Source of the DNA: Patescibacteria group bacterium
GTDB lineage: Bacteria; Patescibacteriota; Patescibacteriia; Patescibacteriales; UBA12075
DNA: 64,000 bases
Assembly (NCBI GenBank): GCA_018897195.1
Contig: JAHILH010000001.1
Coordinates: forward strand, 92,565-156,564
Direction of reading: 5' to 3'
Of the stretch, positions 50,146 to 60,200 are shown piece by piece. The stretch's first letter is position 1. Every line of letters begins with the position of its first letter. The notes under the pieces were generated by a model that made no database searches, was not told the DNA's origin, and worked only from the letters and a program-made list of their open reading frames with translations. The position numbers and the translations under genes were made by a program.

Positions 50146-52038
50146 ATGAGTAAGATACTTGGTATCGACCTTGGTACAACTAATTGTGCGATGTCGATCA
50201 TGGAGGGTGGACAGCCGAAAATTTTAGAGAATGCTGAGGGTAATAGAACAACACCATCAGTGGTAGCTATTTCAAAAAATGGCGAAAGACTAGTTGGTCA
50301 AACTGCAAAAAGACAATCTGTAACTAATCCAGAAAACACTGTTTATGCAGTAAAACGTTTGATTGGTCGTCATTTTAATGACAATGAAGTGCAAAGAGAT
50401 ATTAACACTGTGCCTTACAAGATTGTAAAGAGTGGCGAGGGTGTGGCCGTACACATGGGCGACAAAGATTATTCTCCGCAAGAAGTTTCAGCGATGATTT
50501 TGTCAAAATTGAAAGCTGATGCAGAAGCAAGAATTGGTGAAAAAATTACTGAAGCGGTTATTACCGTGCCGGCATATTTTAATGATTCACAAAGACAAGC
50601 AACTAAGGATGCGGGTAAAATTGCCGGTCTAGATGTAAAGCGTATTATCAACGAACCGACAGCAGCAGCTTTGGCCTATGGCTTTGACAAGAAAAAAGGC
50701 CAGAAGATTGCGGTATATGATCTTGGTGGTGGTACTTTTGATATTTCTGTTTTGGAAATCAGTGAAGATACGGTTGAGGTAAAATCAACCAACGGTGATA
50801 CTCATCTTGGTGGTGAAGATTTTGACCAAGTTTTGATTAAGTGGATTATTGAAGATTTCAAAAAAGAAAATGGCATTGACTTATCAAAAGACAATTTGCC
50901 GTTGCAAAGAATTAAGGAGGCTGCTGAGAAAGCGAAGATTGAGTTATCAACGATGATGGAAACCGAAATCAACCAACCGTTTATTACGACGGGCGAAAAC
51001 GGTCCATTGCATTTGGTTAAGAAAATTACTCGGGCAAAATTTGAAGAGTTGGTTGGCGACTTGGTTGAAAAGACTTTGGAACCAGTGCGAGCCGCTTTGA
51101 AAGATTCTGGCTTGACTGTAAACGATATTGAAGAAGTGGTGATGGTGGGTGGTATGACTAGAATGCCTTTGGTATTAGCGAAGGTGAAAGAATTTTTTGG
51201 CAAAGAACCGCATTTGGGTGTAAATCCTGACGAGGTGGTAGCGGCTGGTGCGGCGGTGCAAGCTGGTGTATTACAAGGTGATGTAAAAGATTTATTACTT
51301 TTGGATGTAACACCTTTAACATTGGGTATTGAAACAATGGGTGGTGTATCCACTGCCTTGATTGATAGAAACACAACTATCCCAGCTTCAAAATCTCAAA
51401 TTTTCTCCACTGCGGCTGACAATCAACCGGGTGTAGAGATTCACATTTTACAAGGTGAGCGCTCAATGGCGGCTGATAACAAGACTTTGGGTAGATTTAT
51501 GTTGGATGGTATTCCACCAGCTCCACGTGGTGTGCCCCAAGTTGAAGTAACTTTTGATATTGATGCGAATGGTATTTTGCACGTGAAAGCACAAGATAAG
51601 GCAACTGGTAAAGAGCAAAAGATTACCATTACTTCATCATCAGGACTTGATGAAAAAGAAATTGAGAAGATGAAAAAAGATGCGGAGATGCATGCCGAAG
51701 AAGATAAGAAAAAGAAAGATAGCGTGGAGGCAAAAAATCACGCTGAGTCTGTAATTTTCTCTACGGAAAAATTAATCAAAGAATCTGGCGATAAAATGAG
51801 CGAGGCGGACAAAAAAGAGTTGGAAGAGAAATTGGAAGAATTAAAGAAAGTAAAAGATTCAACTGATTCTGAAGATATTAAGAAAAAGATGGAGGATGTA
51901 AATGTAATTGCGCAAAAAATTGGCACAGCAATGTACCAAAACGCGCAAAGCGAGCAAACAGCTCAACCGGGTGCGGAAGGTGAAGAAAAGAAAGACGGCG
52001 ACAATGTCGTTGAAGGTGAGGTTGAAGAGAAGAAGTAA
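50146..52038 (+). CDS. dnaK: Chaperone DnaK
   Basis: [24 protein letters not shown] and NPDEVVA motifs. Confidence 0.98.
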   Translation: MSKILGIDLGTTNCAMSIMEGGQPKILENAEGNRTTPSVVAISKNGERLVGQTAKRQSVTNPENTVYAVKRLIGRHFNDNEVQRDINTVPYKIVKSGEGVAVHMGDKDYSPQEVSAMILSKLKADAEARIGEKITEAVITVPAYFNDSQRQATKDAGKIAGLDVKRIINEPTAAALAYGFDKKKGQKIAVYDLGGGTFDISVLEISEDTVEVKSTNGDTHLGGEDFDQVLIKWIIEDFKKENGIDLSKDNLPLQRIKEAAEKAKIELSTMMETEINQPFITTGENGPLHLVKKITRAKFEELVGDLVEKTLEPVRAALKDSGLTVNDIEEVVMVGGMTRMPLVLAKVKEFFGKEPHLGVNPDEVVAAGAAVQAGVLQGDVKDLLLLDVTPLTLGIETMGGVSTALIDRNTTIPASKSQIFSTAADNQPGVEIHILQGERSMAADNKTLGRFMLDGIPPAPRGVPQVEVTFDIDANGILHVKAQDKATGKEQKITITSSSGLDEKEIEKMKKDAEMHAEEDKKKKDSVEAKNHAESVIFSTEKLIKESGDKMSEADKKELEEKLEELKKVKDSTDSEDIKKKMEDVNVIAQKIGTAMYQNAQSEQTAQPGAEGEEKKDGDNVVEGEVEEKK

Positions 52039-52062
52039 ATAACTTTCTAAGTAGCTTCATAG

Positions 52063-52089
52063 ACTGCCTATTGTGTTCAATAGGCAGTC
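52063..52089 (+). terminator. Stem-loop after dnaK
   Basis: GACTGCCTATTG/CAATAGGCAGTC perfect stem with a weak U-tail. Confidence 0.6.
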
Positions 52090-52110
52090 GGTTGAATTTA
52101 TTTATTCCTT

Positions 52111-52303
52111 CGTCATTCCCGTCCCCAGTCAAGCTGAGGATAAACCTCCGGCGGGAATCCAGGCGCTACAGATTTTGAATATATAATTATAGAGACTAAT
52201 TTAAATAAAAAAATTGATAATAAAAAACTTTGTATATTTTAATTTTCCTTATACAGAAAACATTATACGAGGTGCCTGGATCCCCGCCTTCGCGGGGATG
52301 ACG
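52111..52303 (+). mobile_element. CGTC/dRS3-like hairpin-doublet element, copy 5 (193 bp, insertion in left hairpin)
   Basis: CGTCATTCCCG-[insert]-GCGGGAATCCAGG...GGATCCCCGCCTTCGCGGGGATGACG. Confidence 0.85.
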
Positions 52304-52320
52304 GAATAAGAAAAAAAACA

Positions 52321-53394
52321 ATGTCAAAAGATTACTATAAAGTATTAGGTGTTGATAAGAATTCTAGCCAGGAAGATATTAAGAAAGCGTTTCGAAAAAA
52401 AGCGCACGAGTATCATCCTGATAAAAAGACTGGCGACGAAGCGAAGTTTAAGGAAATAAACGAGGCTTATCAGACGCTGGGCGATGAAAAGAAAAAATCA
52501 CAATATGACCAATTCGGTTCCGGTTATGAAAACATGCGCGGCGGACAAGGTGGCGGATTTGGCGGTTTTTCAGGTGGCGGATTTGGCGGTGTAGACATGG
52601 ATGACCTCGGCGATATGTTTGGTGGTTTTGGTGATATGTTTGGTTTTGGTGGTGGCGGTCGTCGACAACAAAGTCGTGGGGCAGATTTGCAGATGAATAT
52701 GACAATTGATTTTGCTGAAGCGGTTTTTGGGATTGATAAAGAAGTGCGGGTAAACAAAAAAGTGACCTGCAATCATTGTCATGGCAACATGGCCGAGCCT
52801 GGCAGTAAGGTAAACACCTGCTCAACTTGTCATGGTAGCGGTCGAGTGATGCGTGTGCAAAGAACTATTTTGGGTAATATTCAGATGCAAGCCACTTGTG
52901 ACCATTGTGGTGGCACAGGCAAAACTTATGAAAAAAAATGCACCAAATGCCATGGCGTGGGCGTTGTTAATGATAATGTAAATTTAAAGGTGCGTATTCC
53001 AGCTGGAATTAATGATGGCGAAACGATTAAATTATCAGGCCAAGGTGCGGCAGGAGAAGGTGGTACACCGAGTGGTGATTTATACTTGAATATTACCGTA
53101 AAAAGAGATAATCGTTTTCAAAGAGATGGCTATGATATTCATACAAAAATAGATATTAGCTTTACACAAGCAGCGCTAGGTGGTAAAATAGAGATAGAGA
53201 CAGTTCATGGCGTGGAGAGATTAAAAGTGCCAGCAGGAACGCAGTCGGACACGATTTTTAAGCTTAGAGGCAAGGGTGTGACGAAATTACGAGGTTCTGG
53301 GGTGGGTGATCATTTTGTGAAAGTGCACGTGAAGACTCCGACTAGTTTGTCACGAAAACAGAAAAGTCTTTTGGAGGAATTAGATAATGGTTAA
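52321..53394 (+). CDS. dnaJ: Chaperone DnaJ
   Basis: HPD J-domain, G/F-rich region and four CxxCxGxG-type repeats. Confidence 0.98.
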   Translation: MSKDYYKVLGVDKNSSQEDIKKAFRKKAHEYHPDKKTGDEAKFKEINEAYQTLGDEKKKSQYDQFGSGYENMRGGQGGGFGGFSGGGFGGVDMDDLGDMFGGFGDMFGFGGGGRRQQSRGADLQMNMTIDFAEAVFGIDKEVRVNKKVTCNHCHGNMAEPGSKVNTCSTCHGSGRVMRVQRTILGNIQMQATCDHCGGTGKTYEKKCTKCHGVGVVNDNVNLKVRIPAGINDGETIKLSGQGAAGEGGTPSGDLYLNITVKRDNRFQRDGYDIHTKIDISFTQAALGGKIEIETVHGVERLKVPAGTQSDTIFKLRGKGVTKLRGSGVGDHFVKVHVKTPTSLSRKQKSLLEELDNG

Positions 53395-53416
53395 ATATTG
53401 TAATTAAATTTAATTT

Positions 53417-53710
53417 ATGCCAATTTTTAGACAGGAAAATATTACCCCCGAAATGTTTAATAACGCCGTTGATAACATGAGCGAAGATGAGAAAATCGTT
53501 CCCGTTAATGATGGTGCTAGTAATTTAGTTGAAGATGATGATAATTCAGAAAAACAGTTGCGAGAAAAAATGATTACCGATGCTCGGGAGCTAGAAAGAG
53601 AGAATCTTATTATGTCTGGAGAAATAGCACCAGATTATCATCCAAATAGTAAAGATAATTGCTCTCATCGATATGGATGTGGAGAACAGTATAAGCCAAA
53701 AAATAGATAA
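53417..53710 (+). CDS. Hypothetical acidic protein
   Basis: 97-aa ORF after dnaJ, followed by a terminator (about 53738-53769). Confidence 0.55.
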   Translation: MPIFRQENITPEMFNNAVDNMSEDEKIVPVNDGASNLVEDDDNSEKQLREKMITDARELERENLIMSGEIAPDYHPNSKDNCSHRYGCGEQYKPKNR

Positions 53711-53923
53711 ACAAGTTAAAATATAGTTATTTTACGACAAAAATCATTGTTTAGACAGTGATTTTTTTTATTATTTTTACGTATTAAGGAGTGTAGATTA
53801 TTTGTGATTGTCATGAATAAGTTATCCACAATAAAAACTTGTATATTTTTCGTAAATTATTATAATCAATATTAGTTATTGATAATTTATTATTTAATAA
53901 TTATTAAATAAATAAGTAAAACT

Positions 53924-54853
53924 ATGATCGAAATAAAGAACTTGTCAAAAAACTTTGGAAGCACAAAAGTCCTAGACGACATCAGCTTCTCAGTAAAAAA
54001 GGGGGAAATCCTAGGTTTTCTTGGTCCGAATGGAGCAGGAAAATCAACAACAATGAAAATCATCACTAGTTTTTGGTCACCGACCAAGGGCAGTGTGGAA
54101 ATTGACGGTGTGAAAACGGAAGATGATTCCATGTTAACACGGTCGAAAATTGGCTATTTGCCTGAAACAGTACCGTTGTATGACGACATGCGTGTTTTTG
54201 AGTATTTGAAATTTGTGGCTGAGGTGCGTGGTCTTGAAAAAGACAAAATTCAATCTCGAATTAAAGAGGTAATTGAGGCGTGTAATTTGCAAACAGTAAT
54301 TAGAAAACCGATCGAAGAATTATCAAAAGGTTTCCGCCAAAGAGTTGGTCTGGCGCAGGCAATTATGCATGAGCCTGATATTTTGATTTTGGATGAACCA
54401 ACAACTGGTCTTGACCCAAATCAGATTGTGGAAATACGCGAATTGATCAAAAAAATTGGTAAAGAAAAAACAGTTATTTTTTCAACCCATATTTTGAGCG
54501 AAGTTAGCGCAACTTGTGATCGGGCGATTATTATTAATAATGGTAAGATTATTGCTGAAGGCACACCGGCTGAATTGGTTCATAAGATGGGTGGTGCAGA
54601 AATTATCTATGTAAAAATTAAAGGCAAGAAAGAGGATGTGCTATACAAGTTAAAATCGATGGACAATGTAATAAAGGTAGAAGAGAAAGATAAGGAATCG
54701 GATGAAATTCATGGTTATGAATTGACTCCGGTTGAGGGCGTAGACTTACGTGAACAGCTTTCAATGTTGGTAATGAATGCCGGTTGGAGCATTTTGGAAT
54801 TTAATAAAAAGAGCATTTCATTGGAAGATGTGTTTATAAAATTAACAAAGTAA
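53924..54853 (+). CDS. ABC transporter ATPase, GldA-like
   Basis: GPNGAGKST, LSKGFRQR, LILDEPT and STH motifs. Confidence 0.93.
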   Translation: MIEIKNLSKNFGSTKVLDDISFSVKKGEILGFLGPNGAGKSTTMKIITSFWSPTKGSVEIDGVKTEDDSMLTRSKIGYLPETVPLYDDMRVFEYLKFVAEVRGLEKDKIQSRIKEVIEACNLQTVIRKPIEELSKGFRQRVGLAQAIMHEPDILILDEPTTGLDPNQIVEIRELIKKIGKEKTVIFSTHILSEVSATCDRAIIINNGKIIAEGTPAELVHKMGGAEIIYVKIKGKKEDVLYKLKSMDNVIKVEEKDKESDEIHGYELTPVEGVDLREQLSMLVMNAGWSILEFNKKSISLEDVFIKLTK

Positions 54854-54860
54854 TAACGAT

Positions 54861-55592
54861 ATGAGTAAAAAATACATGAGAACAATTTGGACATTGTTTA
54901 AAAAGGAATTAATGTCCTACTTCAATTCGCCGATTGCTTATATTTTTATCGGTGTTTTCTTGGTGGTGGGTAATTGGCTTTTTTTCAAGAGCTTTTTTTT
55001 GATTCAAGAAGCTAGTATGCGCGGTTTTTTTGATTTATTGCCGTGGATGTTTTTGTTCCTCGCACCAGCACTAACAATGCGTTTGTGGGCGGAGGAAAAA
55101 AAGCAGGGTACGATTGAATTTTTATTGACTTTGCCGGTGACCGACTGGCAAGTGGTGTTGGCTAAATTTTTCGGCGCCTTGTCGTTTTTGTTGATAACCC
55201 TACTTTTAACTTTAACTTTGCCGATTACGATTGCATCTTTAGGTAATGTTGATTTCGGCCCGGTTATCGGTGGTTATATTGGGGCGATTTTCTTGGGAGG
55301 TGCTTATTTGGCATTGGGGTTATTTATATCTTCTTTAACCAAGAATCAGATCATTGCTTTTATTCTGGGTTTAGTGGCAAGCTTTGTCGCTTTTATGGTT
55401 GGAGCTGATTTTATCTTAATTGGTGCACCAAAATTTTTAGTGCCAGTGATGAGCTTTCTTGGACTAGGTAATCATTTTTACAATATTTCCAAGGGTGTAA
55501 TTGATTCCAAGGATATTATTTATTACGGTTCTTTTATTTTCTTCTTTCTTTGGATGAATACGAAAATAATCGAAGCGCGTGGTTGGAAATAA
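54861..55592 (+). CDS. ABC-2 permease, GldF-like
   Basis: KEL..YF.SP.AY and TMRLWAEEKK.GT.E.LLT.P motifs. Confidence 0.9.
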   Translation: MSKKYMRTIWTLFKKELMSYFNSPIAYIFIGVFLVVGNWLFFKSFFLIQEASMRGFFDLLPWMFLFLAPALTMRLWAEEKKQGTIEFLLTLPVTDWQVVLAKFFGALSFLLITLLLTLTLPITIASLGNVDFGPVIGGYIGAIFLGGAYLALGLFISSLTKNQIIAFILGLVASFVAFMVGADFILIGAPKFLVPVMSFLGLGNHFYNISKGVIDSKDIIYYGSFIFFFLWMNTKIIEARGWK

Positions 55593-55626
55593 TTTAACTA
55601 ATGATAATATAATTATTGATAAATAT

Positions 55627-57162
55627 ATGAATGAAAAAAATACTAAAAAAATAAAGAAGACCGATTTGTCCATTACAGTTTTGCTTGTTTTGGGAATTAT
55701 TTTGGTTGTTAATTTCTTTTCTTATCAACTTTTTACGAGATTTGATTTGACGCAGAATAAAAATTTTTCTATTTCTCCAGTTAGCAAAAAGACTGTTAAA
55801 GAGTTGGCTGACGTAGTGAATGTAAAAGTTTATTTTAGTGATAATTTACCAAGCCAAGTTTTGGGGTTGAAGCAAGAAGTTAAAGACATGCTTGGCGAGT
55901 ATGCGGCTTTTTCTAATGGCAAGATAAATGTAGAATATATTAATCCAGCGAGTGATGAAAAAACACAGCAGGAATTATACATGATCGGCATTCCACAGGT
56001 TACTTTTCAGGTATATGAAAAAGATAAGGCGCAGACCGTTAATGCTTATTTTGGTATTGCGATTAGTTATGGTGATAAGACTGAGGCCATTCCAACAATC
56101 CAAAAAGAAGCTTCCGGACTTGAGTATCAGTTAACTACGGCAATCAAAAAAGTAATTAGTGAGCGCATTGCGACTGTTGGTATTGTGACTAGTCATGAGA
56201 CAGTTGGCTTGGAAGATGCCATGAGCTCAGCTTATAAAGCTTTACAAGAGTTATATACAGTGCAAAAAGTTGAAGTGAAGGATGATGTTGATATTTCTAG
56301 TGATATCAATACCTTGGTTATTGTGGGCGCAAAAGATAAATTTACTGACAAGCAAATTGCGAAGATTGAAAAATTTGTTAATGCTGGCGGTTCACTTTTG
56401 GTGTTTCAGGATGGTGTGATGGTTGAGCAGGGTTTAAAAACAAACAAGTCTGATCTTAGCTTGAATAAATTATTTGCGAAATATGGCTTAAAGGTTAATC
56501 AAGACTTGGTGGCTGATAATCGTAGCGGCATGGCATCGTTTACACAAGGATTTTTGTCATTTTCTGTGCCGTATCCGTTCTGGCCAAAAATTACCAAAGA
56601 TGGCTTCAATCAAAATGAGACCGCGGTTAGTAGTTTAACCTCAGTTCTTTTGCCTTGGGTTAGCTCAGTTGAAGTGATCAAGGCGCAAGACAACAAGTCT
56701 TATTCCAAATTAGCCTATACTACGCCAAAGGCCTGGAATGTTACTGATAATTTTAACGTTACACCTAATAACTTGGCCGCACCGACAGCACAAAAAGAAT
56801 ATGCTATGGCGATGTCAGTGTCCGGTAAAGCTGATTTTGATAGCGAAAATCAGAAAGATCAGTTTTTGGGCAAATTAATTGTGGTGGGCGATAGTGATTT
56901 TGTTCAGGAGAATTTCCTTCGACAAAGTCCTGATAATTTAACATTCTTCCAAAATTTAGTTGATAGTGTTAGTTTGGACAACGCCTTGATTGAAATTCGC
57001 TCAAAGGTGGTTTCTTCTCGACCAATTAAAGAAGGTTTGACAGATTCGACCATTGCCATGATTCGATATTTTAATGTTTTTGGTGTGACGGTTATTGTAG
57101 TTGCCTTTGGCGTGATTCGTTATTTTTCGAGAAGAAAAAACAAATTTGTAGATGAGTTATAA
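55627..57162 (+). CDS. GldG-family ABC auxiliary component
   Basis: RFDLTQNK.FS.S, EYQLT.AI and VVGDSDF motifs; TM helix at both ends. Confidence 0.88.
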   Translation: MNEKNTKKIKKTDLSITVLLVLGIILVVNFFSYQLFTRFDLTQNKNFSISPVSKKTVKELADVVNVKVYFSDNLPSQVLGLKQEVKDMLGEYAAFSNGKINVEYINPASDEKTQQELYMIGIPQVTFQVYEKDKAQTVNAYFGIAISYGDKTEAIPTIQKEASGLEYQLTTAIKKVISERIATVGIVTSHETVGLEDAMSSAYKALQELYTVQKVEVKDDVDISSDINTLVIVGAKDKFTDKQIAKIEKFVNAGGSLLVFQDGVMVEQGLKTNKSDLSLNKLFAKYGLKVNQDLVADNRSGMASFTQGFLSFSVPYPFWPKITKDGFNQNETAVSSLTSVLLPWVSSVEVIKAQDNKSYSKLAYTTPKAWNVTDNFNVTPNNLAAPTAQKEYAMAMSVSGKADFDSENQKDQFLGKLIVVGDSDFVQENFLRQSPDNLTFFQNLVDSVSLDNALIEIRSKVVSSRPIKEGLTDSTIAMIRYFNVFGVTVIVVAFGVIRYFSRRKNKFVDEL

Positions 57163-57178
57163 TTATTAATATATTTTC

Positions 57179-57445
57179 ATGAAAATTTTAAAGTTTGGCG
57201 CCATTTGGTGCTCGGAGTGTATTGTTATGAAATCAATCTGGGATGAGATTGAGGAAGAAATTTTTGATTTTGATACAGAATCTTTTGATGCCGACGAGCA
57301 TTATGATGATTTCAAAAAATATGATATCGAAAAAATTCCGGTATATATTTTTATGGATGACAACGGCAGTGAGGTGGCCAGACTCGAAGGTCCTCAAAAC
57401 AAAGAGGATATTATTGAATTATTAGATGAACATATTAACAAATAA
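57179..57445 (+). CDS. Thioredoxin-like protein
   Basis: WCSEC motif and cis-Pro IPVYIF. Confidence 0.85.
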   Translation: MKILKFGAIWCSECIVMKSIWDEIEEEIFDFDTESFDADEHYDDFKKYDIEKIPVYIFMDDNGSEVARLEGPQNKEDIIELLDEHINK

Positions 57446-57488
57446 ATACACCCACCGTTACTAAGACTGCGGCGCGGTAGTGAAAAAT

Positions 57489-58427
57489 ATGACAAAAAAG
57501 AATTTAATTTTAGGAGGCGTATTAGCTGTTTTGGTTTTGTCAGCGTATATTTTTAATGGTCCTTTTGCGGACTGGAAAAAAAATTTAAACCGACCGAAAA
57601 ATTTTGTGTCCGGATTTCAAGCGGGCGATATTGATAAGATTGATATTGAGAAAGATGGTAAAAAAATTAATATTGAAAAGGTTGATGTGGCCGTTGGAAG
57701 CTCTACTGAGCAAAAATGGAAAATTTCCGGCACTAAGGATTTTTATTTAACCAAGGATGCGGCTGATAAAATCACAACCTCAATTAGAGAGTTGTTGGCG
57801 GCAAAATTGGATTTGATCAGTGAAAATAAGGATAAGAAAAAGGATTTCGAGGTTGATGATAATGGCATAAAAGTGTCTTTGAAAAAAGGGGACAATGTGG
57901 TAACTGATTTTGTTATTGGTAAAATGACAAGTGATTATGCTGGCGTCTTTCTCTCAAAGAACGACCTTGATAGGATTTATTCTGTAAAAATTATGGCTTT
58001 AAATTTTGCTTTTTCCGAGGATAATATTTATGATAAGGCTATCTTTAAGATTGCGGCCGACAAGGTTAGTAAAATTAGGTTTCAATATCCAGGCCAAGAA
58101 TTTATTATTGAGAAGAAGAGTGACCAGTGGACTATCACTAAGCCAAAGCCATCCGCAATTAATAGAGCTAAGGTGGACAGTGTAGTTAATTTATTAGCTG
58201 ATTTAACAGCAGCTGAAATTCCAGCTCAAACTTTTGAAGGAACCGGATTGGAAAAACATGAAATCATTGTGCAAGTAACAGGTGATGGTATTGATGATAC
58301 GATTATCGTGGGTGGTAAAAATGATAAAGGTCTGTATTATGCCAAGACGGGTAATTCAGACAATATCTATTTAATTAGCAAGGAGAATAGGGATGCGTTA
58401 AATAAAAAAATGCAAGATTTAAAATAG
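57489..58427 (+). CDS. DUF4340-family protein
   Basis: N-terminal TM and two similar beta-rich domains; typical position after GldAFG. Confidence 0.7.
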   Translation: MTKKNLILGGVLAVLVLSAYIFNGPFADWKKNLNRPKNFVSGFQAGDIDKIDIEKDGKKINIEKVDVAVGSSTEQKWKISGTKDFYLTKDAADKITTSIRELLAAKLDLISENKDKKKDFEVDDNGIKVSLKKGDNVVTDFVIGKMTSDYAGVFLSKNDLDRIYSVKIMALNFAFSEDNIYDKAIFKIAADKVSKIRFQYPGQEFIIEKKSDQWTITKPKPSAINRAKVDSVVNLLADLTAAEIPAQTFEGTGLEKHEIIVQVTGDGIDDTIIVGGKNDKGLYYAKTGNSDNIYLISKENRDALNKKMQDLK

Positions 58428-58439
58428 TTATGTTTTTTT

Positions 58440-58472
58440 AAAAAGACGCTCGCTGGAATGAGCGTCTTTTTT
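58440..58472 (+). terminator. Intrinsic terminator
   Basis: AAAAAGACGCTC/GAGCGTCTTTTT. Confidence 0.8.
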
Positions 58473-58545
58473 AATTGTAGTGATAATTTATCAATTTGAC
58501 TTACTGCTCCAATGTGTGCTAATATACTTATATATTGATAAAATA

Positions 58546-58699
58546 ACCAAAAGAGATCGGCACTTTTGGTAAAATTGAATAAAAAGGTGCTCCGACCTTA
58601 AGTTGGAGAAACTAGATGGAACCGCGGGGTTAATTAAATGCTTCGTTCTAGTATTCTGAGAATTTTTATGATTTTTGAATATTGGAACGAGGTTTTTTT
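58546..58699 (+). ncRNA. Compact T-box riboswitch (Gly) with antiterminator and terminator
   Basis: ACTAGA-TGGAACC-GCGGGG..CTTCGT-TCTAGT antiterminator; overlapping terminator with T7; GGC-A in a short stem-loop; upstream of glyQS. Confidence 0.8.
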
Positions 58700-58734
58700 G
58701 TATGAAAAAAATAATTATTTTAAATAAAAAAGAT

Positions 58735-60138
58735 ATGACAGAAAAAAAAGAAAATAGTATAGATAAAATTGTTTCACTGGCAAAACGGCGCGGTTTTGTG
58801 TTTCCGAGCTCGGAAATCTATGGTGGTTTTGCCGCGATTTATGACTATGGTCATTATGGTGCTTTGTTGAAAAACAATATTCGTGATGCGTGGTGGAAAG
58901 CAATGGTGCAGTATCGTGATGATGTGGTTGGATTGGATAGTGCTATTTTTATGCATCCGATGACCTGGAAAGCGTCGGGCCACGTTGATAGTTTTGATGA
59001 TCCTCAAGTTGATTGTCGCAAGTGCAAGAACCGAATGCGCGCTGATCATTTGTTGGAGGAATTTGGCATTAATGCAGATAAACAAACTTTAGATTTTTTA
59101 AACACAGAACTTGATAAATTACGTGCTGATAAAAAGTTGAAATGTGTTTCTTGTGGTTCAGTTGATCTAACCCCGGCAAAACAATTTTCTTTGATTGTAA
59201 AATCAAATCTTGGTTCACCTACGAATGAATTGTCGGAAGAGAATGTTGTTTATTTACGACCAGAAACTTGTGGTGGTATTTATTTGGAATATAAAAATAC
59301 GGTAGATTCAACACGTGTGAAATTACCATTTGGCATTGCGCAAGTCGGTAAAGCCTTTCGAAACGAAATCGTGGCGCGACAATTTATTTTTCGCACACGC
59401 GAATTTGAACAAATGGAAATGCAATACTTTTTACACCCCGATCAAATGGAGGAAAAATTTGAAATGTGGAAGCAGATTCGTTGGGATTGGTATATGGATT
59501 ACGGCATGGATATGGATGAAATTCGTTGGTATAAGCACGAAAAATTGGCGCACTACGCTTCGGATGCTTATGATGTTGAATATAATTTTAAATCATTGGG
59601 AGGATTTAAGGAAATTGAAGGTATTCATGCGCGTGGTAATTGGGATTTGTCACAACATAGTAAATTTTCCGGAGCTGATTTGTCTTATTTCGACGACAAG
59701 ACGAACGAACGATTTATTCCGCACATCATGGAAACATCAGTTGGTTTAAATCGTTTATTTTTGATGTTTTTGGACAAGGCATACACGGAAGAAAAAATTG
59801 GCGAAGATATTCGAACTGTATTAAAATTTGATTATCGATTAGCGCCTGTAAAAATTGCAATATTTCCTTTAATGAAAAATAAGCCAGACTTAGTGGCAAA
59901 GGCGAAAGAGGTTTATAGTCAATTAAAAATGAAGTGGCAATGCGAGTTTGACGATAATGGCAATGTAGGCAAACGCTATCGTCGTCAAGATGAAATAGGA
60001 ACGCCATTTTGCGTGACAATTGACTTCGACACGGTTGAAAAGGATAATACTGTAACAGTACGCGATCGTGACACGATGGTACAAGTGAGGGTTGCAGTGG
60101 ATGAATTGGTTAATTATTTTAATGCAAAATTCAATTAA
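58735..60138 (+). CDS. glyQS: Glycine--tRNA ligase (alpha2 type); alternative start at 58702
   Basis: KRRGF.F.SSEIYGG, LRPET, FRNEI, FRTREFEQME and KRYRRQDEIGTP motifs. Confidence 0.96.
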   Translation: MTEKKENSIDKIVSLAKRRGFVFPSSEIYGGFAAIYDYGHYGALLKNNIRDAWWKAMVQYRDDVVGLDSAIFMHPMTWKASGHVDSFDDPQVDCRKCKNRMRADHLLEEFGINADKQTLDFLNTELDKLRADKKLKCVSCGSVDLTPAKQFSLIVKSNLGSPTNELSEENVVYLRPETCGGIYLEYKNTVDSTRVKLPFGIAQVGKAFRNEIVARQFIFRTREFEQMEMQYFLHPDQMEEKFEMWKQIRWDWYMDYGMDMDEIRWYKHEKLAHYASDAYDVEYNFKSLGGFKEIEGIHARGNWDLSQHSKFSGADLSYFDDKTNERFIPHIMETSVGLNRLFLMFLDKAYTEEKIGEDIRTVLKFDYRLAPVKIAIFPLMKNKPDLVAKAKEVYSQLKMKWQCEFDDNGNVGKRYRRQDEIGTPFCVTIDFDTVEKDNTVTVRDRDTMVQVRVAVDELVNYFNAKFN

Positions 60139-60200
60139 TTAATTATTCAAAATTGTTTAAAATTCGCACCGGGCGAAGAAAATTCGAAAATTAAAAAAAT

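Noticed and set aside
50802..51374. Long antisense ORFs over dnaK, mreB, purL, murF, iscS and others
   Set aside because: These are shadow frames of well-supported genes, with no recognisable motifs.
11324..52303. CRISPR array or autonomous IS
   Set aside because: The repeats are dispersed inverted pairs, not tandem repeat-spacer units. No cas or transposase ORF is present.
53822..53830. Perfect DnaA box TTATCCACA as a possible oriC
   Set aside because: It is a single box with no cluster and no dnaA/dnaN nearby.
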